Assembly (NCBI GenBank): GCA_041619515.1 | Contig: JBFKDW010000001.1 | Coordinates: 15,129 to 79,128 of the forward strand | Length of the DNA stretch: 64,000 nt | DNA from: Acidimicrobiia bacterium | GTDB lineage: Bacteria; Actinomycetota; Acidimicrobiia; Spongiisociales; SHLN01 | Direction: 5' to 3' | Shown: positions 59,860 through 64,000 of the stretch, one piece after another | How positions within the stretch are numbered: the stretch's first letter is position 1 | Layout: each line of letters starts with the position of its first letter | Program-made: the position numbers and the translations under genes | Notes under the pieces: generated by a model | Told to the model about the DNA's origin: nothing | Databases searched by the model: none | What the model saw: only the letters and a program-made list of their open reading frames with translations

Positions 59860-60877
59860 ATACCTTGAGGTACTCGGTCATGACCCGTTCCCGATCGAAG
59901 GTCGCCACGCGTTCCCGGGCCCGCCGCTGGTATTCTGCCCGAACTTCCCGGTCCCGCACCATCGTCTTGAGGGCGCGCTCGAGCGCCGCCACATCCTCGG
60001 GCGGGGCGTAGAGGGCAGCGTCGCCCGCCACGAAGCGGAATGCCGGCAGGGCTGAGGCGACGACGGCGCATCCGGAAGCCATCGCCTCCAGGAGCACCAG
60101 GCCGAAGCTCTCACCGCCGGTGTTGGGAGCCACGAACACATCCGCCGACGCCAAGGCCTGGCGCTTGGTCGCCTCGTCGACCGGCCCGAGGAAACGCACG
60201 CCGGGGGCATCGGGTCGGCTGGCGCCGATCACGGTCAGCTCGGTGTCGGGCGTGCTCGATCGCAGCTGCCGGTAGGCGGACAGCAGGACGTCGAGGCCCT
60301 TGCGAGGCTCATCGCGACCGATGAAGACCATGCGTCCTGGGGTCTTGGCCGAGAACGGATCGTATCGCGAGGTGTCGATGCTGTTGGGGATGATGCGAGC
60401 CACACCCACGATCGGCTCGATGGCAGACGCTGCCACCGGGCTGACGGCAACCGCAACCGCCAGGCGCTCGGCCAGCCTTCGCCAGTGGCGCCGCCCGGCG
60501 GTGTAGAGAATCCGCACCCCCCGGCCCGGATCGGCGTGGAACGTACCGACTTTGGCGATGTCTGGTACCCGCAGCGCCCCGAGCGACACCGCCGGCACGA
60601 ACGGCTCGTGAATATGCAGGACATCGGCGCCTGCCACGGCTTGGGAAACCCGGCTCGCCGTCCCCGCATTCAGGCGAACCGGAGCTATCGACCGATTCGT
60701 CCGCAGGTTGGTGGTCCCGCCGAGATGCACCGTGCCTTCCGGCCCCCCGCCCTCGCCCGGTGCAACGAGCCAAGCGTCGTGGTCCGCCCCTCGCAGCCAT
60801 TCGACCAGATCGCATGCCTGGGCCTGAACGCCGCCCATCCGGTCGAGCGAATAGGGCGACACGACCGCGATCCTCAC
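59828..60877 (-). CDS. pimA: GT4-family glycosyltransferase, phosphatidylinositol mannosyltransferase PimA-like
   Basis: C-terminal GT4 region with the ESFGLVLLEAMASG motif. The GTG start at 60877 overlaps the upstream stop (GTGA). The N-terminal 137 aa of ORF 59828..61288 is an extension. Confidence 0.75.
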   Translation of the reverse strand: MRIAVVSPYSLDRMGGVQAQACDLVEWLRGADHDAWLVAPGEGGGPEGTVHLGGTTNLRTNRSIAPVRLNAGTASRVSQAVAGADVLHIHEPFVPAVSLGALRVPDIAKVGTFHADPGRGVRILYTAGRRHWRRLAERLAVAVAVSPVAASAIEPIVGVARIIPNSIDTSRYDPFSAKTPGRMVFIGRDEPRKGLDVLLSAYRQLRSSTPDTELTVIGASRPDAPGVRFLGPVDEATKRQALASADVFVAPNTGGESFGLVLLEAMASGCAVVASALPAFRFVAGDAALYAPPEDVAALERALKTMVRDREVRAEYQRRARERVATFDRERVMTEYLKVYAEAVENRSE

Positions 60878-61842
60878 GGGATGGGGATCCGATCGGACGG
60901 CCACAGCGGTTGCAGCAGGTGCCACTGGGTCGGATGGGCCCTGATGAACTCTTCGAAGTGTCCGGCCAGCTCCTGTGCCATATCCCCGATCGACCCGCTG
61001 GCATCCAGCGGCGGTCGGACCACGAAGTGATGACCGCGGCCGGGTTTGAAATACGTGGCTACCGGCAGCACCGGTGCACCCGACCGCTTGGCGAGCACGA
61101 AGGGCCCGGCCGGCAGGGTGGCTTCTTCGCCAAAGAACTTGACGGCGATCCCGCGTCCCTTGAGGTCGCGGTCGGACGGAAGTGCCAGCGTCTTGCCCTC
61201 CTGCAGCCTGCTCAATAGCTCGACCGAGGCACCGGCCTTGACGAGCACCACTTCGATTCCGAATACCGCTCGCTGAGCGATGAACCACTCGCTGATGAGG
61301 GGGTTGGGCAGCAGTTCGGCTGCCGCGACCAGCTCGAGACCGAGGCCGGCAGCCTCGATGCCGGCTGCTTCCCAGTTTCCGAGGTGGGGAAGCGCCAGGA
61401 TCAACCCACCCCGGTCGCGGTGTGCCAGCACGATGTCGGCTCCTTCTATCGAGGTGTGCGCCGCCATCGCGCGCAAACGCTTCGGCCTGACCCAGAAGGT
61501 CTCGGCCCAGTATCGGCCGTAGGACGAGAACGCTTGCCGGACCAGGCGGTCGATACCCACGTCGCTCTCGAGGACACGGCGCAGGTGGCGGGCCGACATG
61601 CGGCGGCGGTCGCCCGCCACAAAGGACAGCAGCCAGCCGAGCCCCTCACCGGTGCGGCGCATGGCCGCCTCCGGAAGAAGCCCGAACAGGCCCGAGAGCG
61701 CCCGGTAGAGCAGGTAGCCGGGGAGATACTTGGCACGGCTCACCTCAGCGCCGCCCAGGCTTTGGCATAACGCTGCACGACGGTGAGCCCGGTCAGAACA
61801 GCCATGGGCCACAGCATCACCTCGGGGCCCCACCAATCCCAC
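60874..61842 (-). CDS. Lauroyl/myristoyl (HtrB/LpxL-family) acyltransferase, PIM acyltransferase-like
   Basis: Lipid A biosynthesis acyltransferase-family fold, with the HLGNWE motif (acyltransferase HX4D-type region). The start is probably internal (VSRAKYLPGYLLYR), because the ORF overlaps pgsA by 100 nt. Confidence 0.7.
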   Translation of the reverse strand: MGLVGPRGDAVAHGCSDRAHRRAALCQSLGGAEVSRAKYLPGYLLYRALSGLFGLLPEAAMRRTGEGLGWLLSFVAGDRRRMSARHLRRVLESDVGIDRLVRQAFSSYGRYWAETFWVRPKRLRAMAAHTSIEGADIVLAHRDRGGLILALPHLGNWEAAGIEAAGLGLELVAAAELLPNPLISEWFIAQRAVFGIEVVLVKAGASVELLSRLQEGKTLALPSDRDLKGRGIAVKFFGEEATLPAGPFVLAKRSGAPVLPVATYFKPGRGHHFVVRPPLDASGSIGDMAQELAGHFEEFIRAHPTQWHLLQPLWPSDRIPIP

Positions 61843-62327
61843 CCAACCGGACCGATGAGGGCGCAGAACAGGATGATTCGCTCAGCCCGCCCCATGATTC
61901 CGCCCTTGCCGTCGAGCCCCTCTGCTTCGGCCTTCGAACGCACATACGGGATGAGAATCGAATTGCCGAGCGACAGGACGGTGAGAACCACCAGGAGCGG
62001 CTCGTCCGAGACGAACCAGGCCAGGCCGGCAAACATGGCGATCTCTCCGATCCGGTCCGCGACGGTATCGAGAAAGGCCCCTCGCCGCGAGGCGGTGCCG
62101 GTGAGACGGGCAACGGTGCCGTCGACCCCGTCGATACCGCCGCCGAGGCCGATGACGACGGCAGCGGCGCCCGGATGGCCGTTGGCAAGGACGATCGCCC
62201 CGCCGATGGTCACTACCAGCCCGAGGACCGTGATCATCGACGCCGATATGTGCAGGCGGACGAGCACCCTCCCGATTGGGGTTACAACGTACTTGGTGAG
62301 CCACGACCGGCCCCGTTGATCGATCAC
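61740..62327 (-). CDS. pgsA: CDP-alcohol phosphatidyltransferase (phosphatidylinositol phosphate synthase PgsA1-like)
   Basis: DGVDGTVAR...G...DTVADR is the CDP-alcohol phosphatidyltransferase motif. Polytopic membrane protein. Confidence 0.75.
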   Translation of the reverse strand: MIDQRGRSWLTKYVVTPIGRVLVRLHISASMITVLGLVVTIGGAIVLANGHPGAAAVVIGLGGGIDGVDGTVARLTGTASRRGAFLDTVADRIGEIAMFAGLAWFVSDEPLLVVLTVLSLGNSILIPYVRSKAEAEGLDGKGGIMGRAERIILFCALIGPVGWDWWGPEVMLWPMAVLTGLTVVQRYAKAWAALR

Positions 62328-62418
62328 ATACGCCTCGGGAGGAGGGGGTTTGCCGTCGTTAGTATTGCCGACAGAAGACCAAACGTCTTATCGAGCCCCG
62401 ACACCTCGAGGAGAAGGC

Positions 62419-63717
<1,299 letters not shown>

Positions 63718-63733
63718 GCGCCCGCTCGGCAGC

Positions 63734-64000
63734 TCAGGCCTGGTCCGGGTTGTCCTCGACGAGCACGTCCCGAACCTCACCGGTCACCGCGTCGACGCGC
63801 ACCAGCCCGCGCTTGCTGGGCGGGTCATCGGCCGAGAAGACGAGGATATTCCAGATCGGCCGCGCCCGCCATCCCTGGAACCCGATCGCGGCCGAGGCGT
63901 GGCCGACCACGAACTCGGTTTGCTGGTTGGCGACTGCGAGCGCATCAGTGTCCGCCACCCTCAGGGGGAACGCAGCCAGCATGTGGTAGGCGCCGATCAC
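63734..64000 (-). CDS. Hypothetical protein (C-terminal 88 codons only; N-terminus beyond window end)
   Basis: An open minus-strand frame runs to the window edge, convergent with gltA. No motif recognised. Confidence 0.3.
   Translation of the reverse strand: MIGAYHMLAAFPLRVADTDALAVANQQTEFVVGHASAAIGFQGWRARPIWNILVFSADDPPSKRGLVRVDAVTGEVRDVLVEDNPDQA

Overview
This 64-kb window is high-GC (roughly 68-70%), probably actinobacterial chromosomal DNA, and is almost entirely coding. About 60 genes lie on the minus strand as one long chain with 1-8 nt start/stop overlaps. Gene order matches the mycobacterial rib/pyr/aro/aminoacyl-tRNA/rel/sec/ruv/pdx/pimA neighbourhoods (recalled from M. tuberculosis, not searched).

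Minus-strand genes, from low to high coordinates: riboflavin operon ribBA(partial)-ribE-ribD behind an FMN riboswitch; an orphan REC-GGDEF response regulator coupled to rpe; rsmB, fmt, def, priA; split coaB/coaC; rpoZ, gmk, mihF; pyrF-pyrD-carB-carA-pyrC; nusB, efp; aroB-aroK-aroC; a type IV pilus (T4P) cluster pilP-like/pilO/pilN/pilM, pilD, two tandem major pilins, pilC, an N-terminally extended pilT, pilB; then aroE, mltG, ruvX, alaS, rarA, aspS, hisS and an MBL-fold hydrolase.

Plus strand: a minor-pilin operon with a 522-aa prepilin, a 212-aa prepilin and a 530-aa PilX-like protein, whose stop directly abuts the stop of the convergent rel gene.

Minus strand again: rel, apt, secF, secD, yajC, tgt, queA, ruvB, ruvA, ruvC; a lone plus-strand hypothetical; yebC, pdxT, pdxS; a DUF3048-like lipoprotein; pimA-like GT4, a PIM acyltransferase-like gene and pgsA-like. 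The window ends with plus-strand gltA and a partial minus-strand hypothetical.

The most notable feature is a T4aP-like machine in a presumably monoderm actinobacterium with no secretin in the cluster, embedded in the ancient pil-aro linkage, with the following features:
- a PilP-like protein present without PilQ;
- near-canonical tandem MshEN (c-di-GMP-binding) motifs at the PilB N-terminus;
- a PilT retraction ATPase carrying an unusual ~140-aa N-terminal MshEN-like extension;
- giant pilin-like minor pilins;
- an orphan REC-GGDEF gene whose motif reads GGDDF.

No rRNA, tRNA, CRISPR array or mobile element was recognised. Most long plus-strand ORFs in the track are Arg/Gly/Pro-rich antisense artefacts. 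Coordinates derived by hand indexing may be off by 1-2 nt.
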